A stretch of DNA of 39,722 nucleotides. Origin: Parachlamydiales bacterium. GTDB lineage: Bacteria > Chlamydiota > Chlamydiia > Chlamydiales > Parachlamydiaceae. Below the pieces are notes generated by a model that ran no database searches, was not told where the DNA came from, and saw only the letters and a program-made list of their open reading frames with translations. Location of the stretch: contig JAGVJP010000091.1 of NCBI GenBank assembly GCA_020051075.1, positions 1-39,722 of the forward strand, in the 5' to 3' direction. The position numbers and the translations under genes are program-made. This document shows, one piece after another, positions 20,707 through 30,215 of this stretch (within the stretch, counting starts at the first letter, position 1; each line of letters starts with the position of its first letter).

Positions 20707-21013
20707 CGTCTTCCTCCATCTCATCTTCAAGGCGATAAGCAGGAATCTGTTTTCCCCTCTTTCCGCTCACCTCACGCATGAGCGTTTGAAAGGCCGGCAC
20801 TAACTGGCGCGGCACAAGCATCACCTCTAAATCCAGTACGCGTGAAAGTTCAAGAAGAGTGGAAGTTTGAAGATCTATCTCACCATTTTCTATTTTGGAA
20901 ATATGGCTTTGTGGCACCCCCGCCTTCACACTAAGAGCGCGCTGGCTGAGCCCCTTTTTTTTACGCGCCGCCATTAAAGCGGCAGCAATATGCGCAATGG
21001 AGTCTATCATCAT
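20699..21013 (-). CDS. XRE-family HTH antitoxin (HipB-like)
   Basis: ARKKKGLSQRALSVKAGVPQSHISKIENG; overlaps the hipA start. Confidence 0.9.
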   Translation of the reverse strand: MMIDSIAHIAAALMAARKKKGLSQRALSVKAGVPQSHISKIENGEIDLQTSTLLELSRVLDLEVMLVPRQLVPAFQTLMREVSGKRGKQIPAYRLEDEMEEDDV

Positions 21014-21093
21014 GATACCTTATTCTATATCAAAGCTGTCTTTTTATATATTAAAGTATATCAGATTTTATAGGAAGATTTGAAAACATCGCC

Positions 21094-21279
21094 TCAGGGA
21101 ATTTGGATGAAGAATTTATTAATCCCTGAGTAACACACTATCCCTGCCTTATCTTTCTTATCCTCCCCATCCTGCTAATTTTAGCAGGATGGGGAGGATA
21201 AGAAAGATGGTGGAAATGGCTCTGGGCAGTATTACTTGTTGTTGTGGGTACTCGCAAATTCTTCATGCAATTTCCCTGA
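21094..21279. repeat. Family D element, second copy, inverted relative to 16489-16702
   Basis: TCAGGGAATTTGGATGAAGAATTT...AAATTCTTCATGCAATTTCCCTGA with central ATCCTCCCCATCCTGCTAATTTTAGCAGGATGGGGAGGAT hairpin. Confidence 0.88.
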
Positions 21280-21315
21280 ACATCGCACCGATAATCAGAG
21301 TGTTAAATAGTATAG

Positions 21316-21360
21316 GGGAAGTTCTTCTTCTTTGCTTCTTTGCGTTAAAAAAAGGTAGGT
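21316..21360 (-). repeat. Family B single arm; direct repeat of 19375-19420
   Basis: GGGAAGTTCTTCTTCTTTGCTTCTTTGCGTTAAAAAAAGGTAGGT. Confidence 0.8.
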
Positions 21361-21369
21361 TAGACAAAC

Positions 21370-22842
21370 TTACTCGGTCTCTTTTTGAGATAGAGGCAGT
21401 TTTGCAAGCAATTGTGTGGCCAACTTAGCGATTAAGCCGAGACCCCAGCTCACTAGGATCATGAGAACCATTCCAGTAAATATGGTATAATAGACGATCC
21501 GGCTGGAATAATAGAGAAAGAATTTCCTCATCTGTGAAAGCACCTTGGAGCAATACCCCCAACCCGTTCGAACAATCTCTCTCGCAGCGCGGGTGCCCTC
21601 GCCGACGACTTCGCTGAGACGTCCCGCCAAGAGGAGAAACCCATTCACCAGATGAAGCATGGCCTGCTTAAAGAGAGAGTAGATGTTGAATACCGCTTTC
21701 CAGATCCCCACTAACGAGGGATGGTGCAGCATCTGATAGATCTTCTTCTGCAGAGATCCTGGCAGCCATTGCATCCATTTGCTGGAAATGATCTGATCGA
21801 CCCACTGAGGATAAGACAGCTTCTTGATTTTCTCCTGTTTTTCCTCTAAGTAAGCCAGTGCTCGCCGGTGTTTTCCTTTGAAGTAGTCGACAGCCCGCTT
21901 CGTCTGCGCATTTAATGCCGTCTTCATCCGTTTCCATCGTGGGAGAACGTTATTTTGCCAAAATGAGGCTGCTGGAGACAAGACCCCTTTGAATGCTCTC
22001 TGAAACTGCCCCATCTGTTTTAACATCCACTCAGAGGCTAAATTAGCCTTCTGCTGAATTGAAACATAACGATCGGCTAATTTGGCCTTGAGAGGAAGTG
22101 TGAGCGCATTGAATTTCTGAATCAGTTGATTACCCCAACCTAAGAACTGGAGCGGGATCTGCTTCATCCCCTGAAGTCCTTCTTGGAGGCGTGCTGTCTT
22201 ACGCTTCGTATAGCTGACCATCTGCTCTGTGAGTCGGCTCATCCCATTTTTCATCGCCTTAAGAAGGTTTTTACCTTTCGCCAGGGGCGCTGTCAGGAGA
22301 TTCTTCGAATAGGCGGTGACGCCTCGGAATAGCTGTAAGCACTGCTGGTGCATCCGTTTAAATGCCTGTTTGGCTTCGAAGAAAATCCGTGCAACGGGTT
22401 GAATGAGTATCCTGGCAAACACCTGCATATAGGAAACAGATTGAGAGAGGCGATGAGCCACCGTCTCAAGAGGTTTCTTGATCTTCTGCTTCATCTTTCC
22501 CATCGTCGTCGCTAACACATTGAAAATAGTTGGGATGATAACAGCAAGGACCAGCTTGGGAATGCGATAGAGAACGAAATAGGGAGGAAAAGCAAGAGCG
22601 ACAAAAAGGAATTTTCCGACTCTCATAAACCCAGATTGGGCAATAGTATATTTTGAATTGTGGCGCAGGCGGCTTAATGCATCTTCTTTGATTTTATCTC
22701 GGTTGATTTCGATGGTATCTTTAGGAATAGATACCTCTTCCCCTCTTTTTATTTCGGGCCGTTGGCGGGTGTCATAGAGATTGGAATAGAGGTTCGGATC
22801 ACATCGAGAAAGGCCGTCATGAGAAGTTTTATGTAATGCCAT
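21370..22842 (-). CDS. Hypothetical basic, helical membrane-associated protein
   Basis: 490-aa ORF with hydrophobic segments near both ends and a Lys/Arg/Gln-rich helical middle. Confidence 0.8.
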   Translation of the reverse strand: MALHKTSHDGLSRCDPNLYSNLYDTRQRPEIKRGEEVSIPKDTIEINRDKIKEDALSRLRHNSKYTIAQSGFMRVGKFLFVALAFPPYFVLYRIPKLVLAVIIPTIFNVLATTMGKMKQKIKKPLETVAHRLSQSVSYMQVFARILIQPVARIFFEAKQAFKRMHQQCLQLFRGVTAYSKNLLTAPLAKGKNLLKAMKNGMSRLTEQMVSYTKRKTARLQEGLQGMKQIPLQFLGWGNQLIQKFNALTLPLKAKLADRYVSIQQKANLASEWMLKQMGQFQRAFKGVLSPAASFWQNNVLPRWKRMKTALNAQTKRAVDYFKGKHRRALAYLEEKQEKIKKLSYPQWVDQIISSKWMQWLPGSLQKKIYQMLHHPSLVGIWKAVFNIYSLFKQAMLHLVNGFLLLAGRLSEVVGEGTRAAREIVRTGWGYCSKVLSQMRKFFLYYSSRIVYYTIFTGMVLMILVSWGLGLIAKLATQLLAKLPLSQKETE

Positions 22843-22957
22843 AACCTGATGTGCTATATTAATTTATGAAGTTTAATTATATCATATATACAATTAAATT
22901 GAAATATAATATTACACAGATAAACAATCGGAAGAGGGATCATTGCAAAAGTTGGAA

Positions 22958-23082
22958 ATGGACAATGGACTATATGGACAGATATGGACTATATGGATGG
23001 ACGAAAATGGACGATAATTTGATTGATTAATCACAAAACATGTCCATATAGTCCATATAGTCCATATCAGTCCATTGTCCAT
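22958..23082. repeat. Family F palindrome built of tandem ATGGAC units
   Basis: ATGGACAATGGACTATATGGACAGATATGGACTATATGGA pairs with TGTCCATATAGTCCATATAGTCCATATCAGTCCATTGTCCAT. Confidence 0.85.
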
Positions 23083-23136
23083 AAATTGCTGGTTGTGCTA
23101 CAGTTAATTATACTTAATTCCTTATAAATAAAGATC

Positions 23137-23604
23137 ATGGAAACAAATAATTTTAAATTCATCAATCACGAAGAGCTTATCTTCACCGAACTATTCAGCG
23201 CTGCCGTTGGCGTCGAACAGGCGCTGCCGATTTTTTCCACCCACATCGCCGCAGGCTTCCCCTCTCCAGCAGATGATTATATTGAACAGCAACTCGATCT
23301 CAATCAGCTCATCATTAAACACCCCTCTGCGACGTTTTTCGTCCGTGTGGAGGGAGAATCGATGCGCGATGCAGGGATTCAATCAGGCGACATCCTCGTC
23401 GTCGATCGATCCATTGCTCCTACGAATGGGAAAATCGTCGTCGCTGTCATCGATGGGGAATTTACAGTGAAACGAATACAGTTTGAAGGCGATGCCGTGT
23501 TTCTTGCTCCTGAAAATGCTAAATTCTCTCGTCTGAAAGTGAACCCCGATTCCCAATTCCAAGTGTGGGGCGTTGTCACCTATGTCATCCACAAAGCCCA
23601 GTAA
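23137..23604 (+). CDS. umuD: DNA polymerase V autoproteolytic subunit UmuD
   Basis: IAAGFPSPADDY cleavage site, GESM catalytic Ser, FTVKR catalytic Lys, WGVVTYVIH. Confidence 0.95.
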   Translation: METNNFKFINHEELIFTELFSAAVGVEQALPIFSTHIAAGFPSPADDYIEQQLDLNQLIIKHPSATFFVRVEGESMRDAGIQSGDILVVDRSIAPTNGKIVVAVIDGEFTVKRIQFEGDAVFLAPENAKFSRLKVNPDSQFQVWGVVTYVIHKAQ

Positions 23605-24865
23605 ACCTCTATTTGCATTAGTCGACTGCAACAACTTCTACGTCTCCTGTGAGCGGGTGTTTAATCCACGCCTATGGAATAAACCAGTGGTGATCCTCTC
23701 CAACAACGATGGATGTGTCATAGCCCGTTCTAATGAGGCGAAAGCTCTCGGCATTCCGATGGGAGCGCCCGCTTTTAAATATCGGGATCTTTTCGAAAGA
23801 CAACGAGTCATTACTCTCTCTTCTAATTACGAACTCTATGGAGAGATGTCCCATCGGGTGATGCATACACTTGCCCAATTCACCCCTGATATTGAAATCT
23901 ACTCTATTGATGAGGCTTTCTTACATATCGACTCAGCCAACCTCGCAGCAGAGTCCCGCAGAATCAAAGAGACTGTCTATCAATGGACTGGCATCCCCGT
24001 CTCTGTCGGGATCGCTCCAACAAAGACATTGGCAAAGGCAGCGAACCGCCATGCAAAAAAAAAGCTGCCGCAAGAGGGGGTCTTCATCTTGAACGACGCC
24101 GACCTACAAAAAAAAATCTTGTCGTACATGCCTGTCGAAGAGGTTTGGGGCATCGGGCAGCAGATCGCTGCCAAGTTAAAACGAAATCAGCTGTATACCG
24201 GCTGGGATTTAGCCAACGCCAATGACGGCTGGGTCAAAAAACACCTCACTGTCGTCGGGTTGCGCACTGTCTGGGAGTTGCGCGGCACCTCTTGTCTCTC
24301 CCTTGAAGAAGCCCCCGCGCCAAAGAAATCGATCGTCTGTTCCCGCTCGTTCGGCTGCGAAGTGACCGAAGAAGAAGAACTAGCTGAAGCGTTAGCGTCT
24401 TACACAGCGCGAGCGGCGGAGAAGGTCCGGCACCAGGGAAGCGCCGCCGCATTCATCGAAGTCTTCTTATGCACCAACCGCTTCAAAGAGGAGCTGGTTT
24501 ATGCGAACGCAGCACAACTCATCCTGCCGCAGCCGACAGATTTCACCCCGCACCTCATCCACTTTGCCAAACAGGCTCTCCACAAGATTTTTCGGGATGG
24601 ACTTTCCTACAAGAAAGTGGGAGTGATGCTCGGAGGCCTTGTCCCAAAAAATTCTTTTCAACAAGATTTATTTCACAAAAACACTCCCTCCTTGCTCAAA
24701 CAGCAGCGCCTGATGCAGTTGATGGATCAGACCAATCGCCGGTATGGGAAAGGGACCATGAAACTTGCTGCAGAAGGCGTTGCCCAGCCTTGGAAAATGC
24801 AGAGAAATCAGTGTTCTCCACATTTTACTACGCGATGGGAAGATCTCCTGTCAATACGGATCTAA
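23582..24865 (+). CDS. umuC: Y-family DNA polymerase V catalytic subunit UmuC
   Basis: ALVDCNNFYVSCERVF, LSNNDGCVIARS, YSIDEAF, WKMQRNQCSPHFTTRW. Confidence 0.95.
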   Translation: MSSTKPSKPLFALVDCNNFYVSCERVFNPRLWNKPVVILSNNDGCVIARSNEAKALGIPMGAPAFKYRDLFERQRVITLSSNYELYGEMSHRVMHTLAQFTPDIEIYSIDEAFLHIDSANLAAESRRIKETVYQWTGIPVSVGIAPTKTLAKAANRHAKKKLPQEGVFILNDADLQKKILSYMPVEEVWGIGQQIAAKLKRNQLYTGWDLANANDGWVKKHLTVVGLRTVWELRGTSCLSLEEAPAPKKSIVCSRSFGCEVTEEEELAEALASYTARAAEKVRHQGSAAAFIEVFLCTNRFKEELVYANAAQLILPQPTDFTPHLIHFAKQALHKIFRDGLSYKKVGVMLGGLVPKNSFQQDLFHKNTPSLLKQQRLMQLMDQTNRRYGKGTMKLAAEGVAQPWKMQRNQCSPHFTTRWEDLLSIRI

Positions 24866-25118
24866 ACAAGATAAACAGGATGGACAAAAAACAGGATAAG
24901 CAGGATCGCTTCGCGGCAGGATAGGCAGGATAAAAAAACAGGATGGGGAAGATAGAAGGGATAAAAAAAAGATAATAATCTTTATCTTTCACTATTAAAA
25001 GAAATATTATTCTTATTTTATTATTTTTCTATCTTCCCCATCCTGTTTTTTTATCCTGCCTATCCTGCCGCGAAGCGATCCTGCTTATCCTGTTTTTTGT
25101 CCATCCTGTTTATCTTGT
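24866..25118. repeat. Family C palindrome, perfect 92-bp arms, 69-bp AT-rich spacer
   Basis: 24866-24957 is the exact reverse complement of 25027-25118 and begins right after the umuC stop. Confidence 0.95.
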
Positions 25119-25199
25119 CGACATCACAATCTGTTTCTTTCCAATTAATGAGAGCCAAGATATAATCCTTGCCAAAAGCTACCGTTAGGAGGATGGATT

Positions 25200-25643
25200 G
25201 TGGAAAACCGAAAAGGGGGATATGAACTGGATTCAACACATCAGGAGCAGATGCAAGACATTGGCGAAATGCTCCGAAAAAAAAGAAAGGAGATGAACCT
25301 CACCCTCAGAGAAGCTGAAAATGCGACCTCAATCCGAGTCTCCTACTTGCAGTCCCTCGAAGAAGGGGATACGACCAAGCTCATCTCACCTGTCTATGCT
25401 CAAGGGTTTTTCAAACAGTACGCCACGTTCTTAGGGCTCGATGGCGAGCACATCGTCCGTGAATATCCAAAGCTCTTTAACCGCCACGAAGACCACGAAT
25501 TCGCCTATGGCATAGGAACTCTCGAGGTGAGAGGACACCCTGGCACTGGGGTCAAGTGGTTCCCCAATGCGATGTGGTTTGCAGCCTTTGTCATCGTCCT
25601 TGTTGGCGCCTGGTTTTTTGCACGGTACCTCGGAGTCCTCTAG
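25200..25643 (+). CDS. rodZ: RodZ-like HTH membrane protein (chlamydial CT009 type)
   Basis: GEMLRKKRKE...ATSIRVSYLQSLEEG...KLISPVYAQGF and a C-terminal TM helix; start uncertain. Confidence 0.85.
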   Translation: MENRKGGYELDSTHQEQMQDIGEMLRKKRKEMNLTLREAENATSIRVSYLQSLEEGDTTKLISPVYAQGFFKQYATFLGLDGEHIVREYPKLFNRHEDHEFAYGIGTLEVRGHPGTGVKWFPNAMWFAAFVIVLVGAWFFARYLGVL

Positions 25644-26848
25644 TGGACAGCCCTGCAAAACCCCTCTTTCATCGATGGAAGGTGTTTTTTTTCGGCCTCT
25701 GCATGGGTGTCGCGGACCTCATCCCTGGAATATCTGGGGGGACAATCGCCTTCATTATGGGATTTTACACTCCCCTCTTAGAAGGGTTGAAGACCTTCAA
25801 CCTCGAAGCCATCCGCCTGCTGCTTACAGGGCGTTGGCGCGATTTTAACGAACAGGTTGCCTGGCGCTTCATCTTGACGCTGATCACAGGCATTGGCTGC
25901 TCCATCATCTGCTTTGCCAGCCTATTCCACCATATCTTACAAGACCCCTCATACCGCGTTTTCCTCTATGCCTTCTTCATGGGGCTGATCTTCGCTTCAT
26001 TGGTCTTCTGCATGAGGCAAATCCGCCAATGGGAATGGAAAAATATTGCAGGACTTATCCTAGGTGGATTGATCACATTTTTTATGACGGAATCAAGTTT
26101 AAAACAAAGCGCAGACGGTGGTCCTTATGCCATCCAAGTTGAAATCGAGGCTGCCAAACAGAGTTTCAAAAACTACGATCACCACACCCATCTTCTCACA
26201 GGGATCACCCAGCAGTCGCTAGGGGTGCTCCTGTCTCAAGGGATCATTGACGAGGACTCTCCAGTCTATAACTTACAAAAACATCTCATTGGTATCGCAG
26301 GAGAGTTTGCACTCCCTAATTCCTTCTCATTTTTCAATAGCTGGCTAATCTTCTGCGGAGCTCTCGCTGTCTGCGCACTGCTTCTGCCTGGCATCTCAGG
26401 GAGCTATATCCTCACTTTCATGGGAGTTTATCCTCTTGTGATGGAGGCCCTTGTCGACTTTATTCATCACCTGAAGGCAGGTGTATTTTATTTTGAAGGG
26501 TTTGCCATTTTATCAAGCCTCGGCATCGGCATCCTCATCGGAGCTGTCGCCTTTTCTCGGACCGTGACCCGGCTCCTTCACTCTTATCCAGAGATGACCC
26601 TCTCCATCCTATCGGGGTTCATGATCGGAGCAGTCCGCTCTGTCTGGCCCTTTTGGGCATATGAATATACCTTAATGCCTCTAAAACTCCATAAAGGGGC
26701 GCAGCTGATCCCTCTCCACCCCCTGATGCCTGCATGGAATTCCCCAGAGACATGGCAGGCCTGCCTATGCGCCATCAGCGGCATTGTCCTCTTCTTTGCA
26801 TTGGAATCACTCTCCGCACACAAAAAAAGAACAAGATCAACAGGATAA
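25643..26848 (+). CDS. DUF368 family membrane protein (putative undecaprenyl-phosphate translocase)
   Basis: MGVADLIPGISGGTIAFIMG and ALLLPGISGSYIL duplicated motifs; likely GTG start at 25643. Confidence 0.9.
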   Translation: MDSPAKPLFHRWKVFFFGLCMGVADLIPGISGGTIAFIMGFYTPLLEGLKTFNLEAIRLLLTGRWRDFNEQVAWRFILTLITGIGCSIICFASLFHHILQDPSYRVFLYAFFMGLIFASLVFCMRQIRQWEWKNIAGLILGGLITFFMTESSLKQSADGGPYAIQVEIEAAKQSFKNYDHHTHLLTGITQQSLGVLLSQGIIDEDSPVYNLQKHLIGIAGEFALPNSFSFFNSWLIFCGALAVCALLLPGISGSYILTFMGVYPLVMEALVDFIHHLKAGVFYFEGFAILSSLGIGILIGAVAFSRTVTRLLHSYPEMTLSILSGFMIGAVRSVWPFWAYEYTLMPLKLHKGAQLIPLHPLMPAWNSPETWQACLCAISGIVLFFALESLSAHKKRTRSTG

Positions 26849-27069
26849 ACAAAAACAGGATGGGTAGGATCGCTTCGCGGCAGGATGGGCAGGATAGAAA
26901 AGATAGGATAGTGATGATAATTAAAATAGAATGAGTGATTGTCTTACAAATAATCTCATATTTTTTCTTAATTATGTCTCTATCCTATCTTTTCTATCCT
27001 GCCGCGAAGCGATCCTACCCATCCTGTTTTTTGTCTATCCTGTTTTTTGTCTATCCTATTGATCTTGTT
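26830..27069. repeat. Family C palindrome between convergent stops
   Basis: AACAAGATCAACAGGATAAAC...GGATCGCTTCGCGGCAGGAT pairs with ATCCTGCCGCGAAGCGATCC...TATTGATCTTGTT; arms differ by unit indels. Confidence 0.92.
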
Positions 27070-28628
27070 TAGACAGCGTATTCGACGACACGTTTCTCAC
27101 GAATCACCGTGATCTTGATTTTGCCAGGATATGTCATCTCCTGCTCAATCCTCTTGGTGAGATCGCGAGCAAGATTGATCGCCCCTGCATCGTCGATTTC
27201 ATCAGGAACAACGACAATCCGAAGCTCTCTTCCCGCCTGCATGGCATATGCTTTTTCGACTCCAGGGAACTCCAAGGCAAGGTCTTCGAGGTTCCTAATC
27301 CGCTTGATATACTCTTCGACGGCTTCGATCCGAGCTCCATCGCGCGACGCTGATATCGCATCGGCAGCACTGCATAAATCTGCTTCTATCGTCGTCGGAG
27401 GCATCTCTCTATGATGGCAGCCAATGCCATTGGCCACTTCTTTGCTTTCACCATATTTGAGGGCGAGGTCATGGCCAATGATGGCATGCGATCCTTCAAT
27501 CTCATGCGTCACTGCTTTGCCGACATCATGGAGGAGACCTATCCGCTTAGCGAGCCGGATATCGAGCCCCAGCTCTGCTGCCATCAGCCCCATCAGATGG
27601 GAAACTTCTAACGAATGGTCGAGGATATTCTGTCCATAGCTATAGCGGAACTTCAATTTCCCCATCAGGTTGATCAGTTCAGGGTGGAGGTTGATGGCAC
27701 CGGCGCGGAGGGCGGCATCTTCGCCATATTGTTTGATTTGTTTATGCACGTTGAACGTTGCTTTCTCGACAACTTCCTCGATGCGGGTCGGGTGGATCCG
27801 TCCATCCAAGAGGAGTTCAGTCAACGCTGTCTTAGCAATATGCTTGCGCACAGGATCAAACCCAGACAGCACAATCGCTCCAGGGGTATCGTCGATGATG
27901 AAATTGATTCCTGTTTCCCTTTCCAGCGCACGGATGTTTCTCCCCTCTCTCCCAATAATTCGTCCTTTCATCTCATCATTAGGGATAGCAACTGTAGAAA
28001 CTGTTGTTTCAGACACGCATGGAACAGCCAACCGGTTAATGGCCGTAGAAATAATCACTGCCGCCTGCTTATCACCTTCTTCTTCAGCTTCCTTTCTTAT
28101 CCGGCGGATCAACAACGCTGCTTCGGTTTTCACTTCGTTGGTGAGACGGGTGAGGAGCAGGTCTTTAGCTTCACTAGAACTTAAGCCGGAAATTTTTTCT
28201 AGTTCGACAACAAGCTTACCATGCGTTTCTGATAGGCTTTTTTTCTCTTCATCGACCTGGCTTTTTCTGGCGATCAAAATGGCTTCCCGTTTCTCGATAT
28301 CAGACAACTTCTTTTCAACGAGGTTCATCCGGTTCTCAATCTTATCTTCCCGCTGCTTAAGCCTCTCTTCCTCTCCTTGGATCTTTTTTCGTTCATTGTG
28401 GAGATAGCTCTCAATTTCTTTTTGGCTTTCCAGCTGTTTCTGTTTAAATGCCAGTTCAGCAGACTTAATCACCTCTTCGCCATCTTGTTGGGCTCGATGC
28501 ATGATGTTATTAGCGATCTGTTCCACCCCTCCTAACGCAAAGCGGTAGTAGATCCAAAATATCGCTGCCCCGCAGATGCTCCCTACAAGAAAAATTAAGA
28601 GAAATAGTGAAAGTTGGTTTTCATTCAT
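27069..28628 (-). CDS. rny: Ribonuclease Y
   Basis: N-terminal TM and coiled coil, KGRIIGREGRNIR KH domain, DGRIHPTRIEE, GLLHDVGKA HD domain, YPGKIKITVIRE. Confidence 0.97.
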   Translation of the reverse strand: MNENQLSLFLLIFLVGSICGAAIFWIYYRFALGGVEQIANNIMHRAQQDGEEVIKSAELAFKQKQLESQKEIESYLHNERKKIQGEEERLKQREDKIENRMNLVEKKLSDIEKREAILIARKSQVDEEKKSLSETHGKLVVELEKISGLSSSEAKDLLLTRLTNEVKTEAALLIRRIRKEAEEEGDKQAAVIISTAINRLAVPCVSETTVSTVAIPNDEMKGRIIGREGRNIRALERETGINFIIDDTPGAIVLSGFDPVRKHIAKTALTELLLDGRIHPTRIEEVVEKATFNVHKQIKQYGEDAALRAGAINLHPELINLMGKLKFRYSYGQNILDHSLEVSHLMGLMAAELGLDIRLAKRIGLLHDVGKAVTHEIEGSHAIIGHDLALKYGESKEVANGIGCHHREMPPTTIEADLCSAADAISASRDGARIEAVEEYIKRIRNLEDLALEFPGVEKAYAMQAGRELRIVVVPDEIDDAGAINLARDLTKRIEQEMTYPGKIKITVIREKRVVEYAV

Positions 28629-29992
28629 AAACGATCTTCATCCTGGTCTAAGTCTTGATTTATCGGATTAATACGGAGTTTTTCCACGCGGCGGTTATTA
28701 GAGCGGATCACTTCTATCTCAAAATTTGGCTGGCGAATGATGTATCCTTTGTTCGGGATCATCCCTGTTTCATGGAAAACATATCCTCCAATGGTATCGT
28801 AATCCCCATCTTGAGGGATTTCAATCCCTAGCTGTGCCTCAATGTCTAAGATGTTCATCCGCGGATCAATCAGCCATCCCCCTTCAGGAAGCTGTAAAAA
28901 AAGCGCCTCTTCTTGGTCATATTCATCAGCGATTTCACCCACAATGGCTTCCAGGATATCTTCTATTGACACAATCCCTTCCGTTCCGCCATATTCATCG
29001 ACAACAATAGCCAAATGGACCTGTTTCTTACGAAATTCCTGCAAAAGATGGGAGATCTTTTTTGTTTCAGGGACATAGAGAATATTTTTCACCAATGTTT
29101 CAATCGGTTTTTCTAGATTCGAGCGGTCTTCTTTGCGGATATGCTCCATATACTGAGCTAAAATATCCTTGTACATCAACACACCGATGATGTTATCTAA
29201 TGTCTCTTTGTAAACTGGTGTCCGGCTATATCCTTCTTTATAGAGAAGCTTAGCCGCCTGCTCAATCGTCATATTATGAGGAAGGCTGAAGACATCAACA
29301 CGAGGAACCATCACTTCACGCGCAATCCTCCCCTTGAAGTCCATCACAGAGACAATCAACTTTGTATCTTGAGAATCCAAATGCGAGTCTAGATGATATT
29401 CTTCCAGAATGGCCATTAGATCTTCCATCCCCTGGCGAGAGTGTTCATCCAGTGGATCGAAATAGATCGTCTTAGGAAGAAGATGGGCGAGTTTTAACAA
29501 GATAAAAGTTAAAGGGAAGAAGGGTGTCATCAAGAAAGAGACAATAGGAGCAAAAACCTGAATGGCCAACGCTGGATAGCAGTTGCCAAATAGCGAGCCG
29601 CAATAATCGCCGACCACAAACAGGATAGTAAAAAACAAAATCAATAAAGGGAACCCGATGGTCCAACTAAAGGAAAACACTAGCTGGTGAAGGTCTGTGT
29701 CAACTCCCCAATAAACGAGGTTGAATTTAGCCAATAAGAACAAAGATAAAAGCGCGTAGATGAAACGGAGTGCATTTTGCGTGAGAACGACGGAAAAATA
29801 GAGATTTCTAAATTCTTGGGCAGGAAAGAACCAGGAAACGAGATACCGATAAAAAAACCGCTTCCCAACGCTGTCTACTTGCTTGATCGAATCTTTTTTC
29901 TGCAGGCGGCGAAAAGCGGTATTGACAGCACTTAAACAAAACAGTCCAATCAAAAACAGAAGGATGAATAAGAACATTACATTCAAAAACAA
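28625..29992 (-). CDS. Hemolysin-family/CorC-HlyC CBS-domain membrane protein (TlyC-like)
   Basis: TM region, AREVMVPR, GYSRTPVY, VVDEYGGTEGIVSIEDILE, DYDTIGGY; TTG start with AAGGGAG RBS. Confidence 0.92.
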   Translation of the reverse strand: MFLNVMFLFILLFLIGLFCLSAVNTAFRRLQKKDSIKQVDSVGKRFFYRYLVSWFFPAQEFRNLYFSVVLTQNALRFIYALLSLFLLAKFNLVYWGVDTDLHQLVFSFSWTIGFPLLILFFTILFVVGDYCGSLFGNCYPALAIQVFAPIVSFLMTPFFPLTFILLKLAHLLPKTIYFDPLDEHSRQGMEDLMAILEEYHLDSHLDSQDTKLIVSVMDFKGRIAREVMVPRVDVFSLPHNMTIEQAAKLLYKEGYSRTPVYKETLDNIIGVLMYKDILAQYMEHIRKEDRSNLEKPIETLVKNILYVPETKKISHLLQEFRKKQVHLAIVVDEYGGTEGIVSIEDILEAIVGEIADEYDQEEALFLQLPEGGWLIDPRMNILDIEAQLGIEIPQDGDYDTIGGYVFHETGMIPNKGYIIRQPNFEIEVIRSNNRRVEKLRINPINQDLDQDEDRL

Positions 29993-30016
29993 GATGATCT
30001 CCCTTGTAGTAGGCGT

Positions 30017-30127
30017 TCACCACTGAGACACTGAGATCGGTGAGGAATGATGAGAAAATTGAGAAATCATCAAACCATTTTCTCCCTATCTCCCACCTGC
30101 TCAGTGATCTCAGTAGCTCTGTGGTGA
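30017..30127. repeat. Family G palindrome built of CACTGAG units
   Basis: TCACCACTGAGACACTGAGATCGGTGAG pairs with CTCAGTGATCTCAGTAGCTCTGTGGTGA. Confidence 0.8.
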
Positions 30128-30215
30128 TTTATGGAACAAAGCCCTAGTGGTAACCGTTCACGGGGGTCCAAAGTCAATTATTTTTTATACCAGGTTCGCT
30201 CTTAAAAATCTAATT

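Noticed and set aside
13587..21013. Prophage or ICE
   Set aside because: No integrase, transposase, phage or conjugation genes in the window
23089..23103. CTG-N9-CAG upstream of umuD as an SOS box
   Set aside because: Spacing is 9 rather than 10 and the core lacks the TA-rich consensus
24866..25118. C-family repeats as a CRISPR array or simple terminators
   Set aside because: Inverted rather than direct repeat-spacer layout, no cas genes, and arms far longer than terminators. Terminator activity as a side effect is not excluded.
27615..28407. 189-aa and 245-aa + strand ORFs
   Set aside because: Antisense to the well-conserved rny
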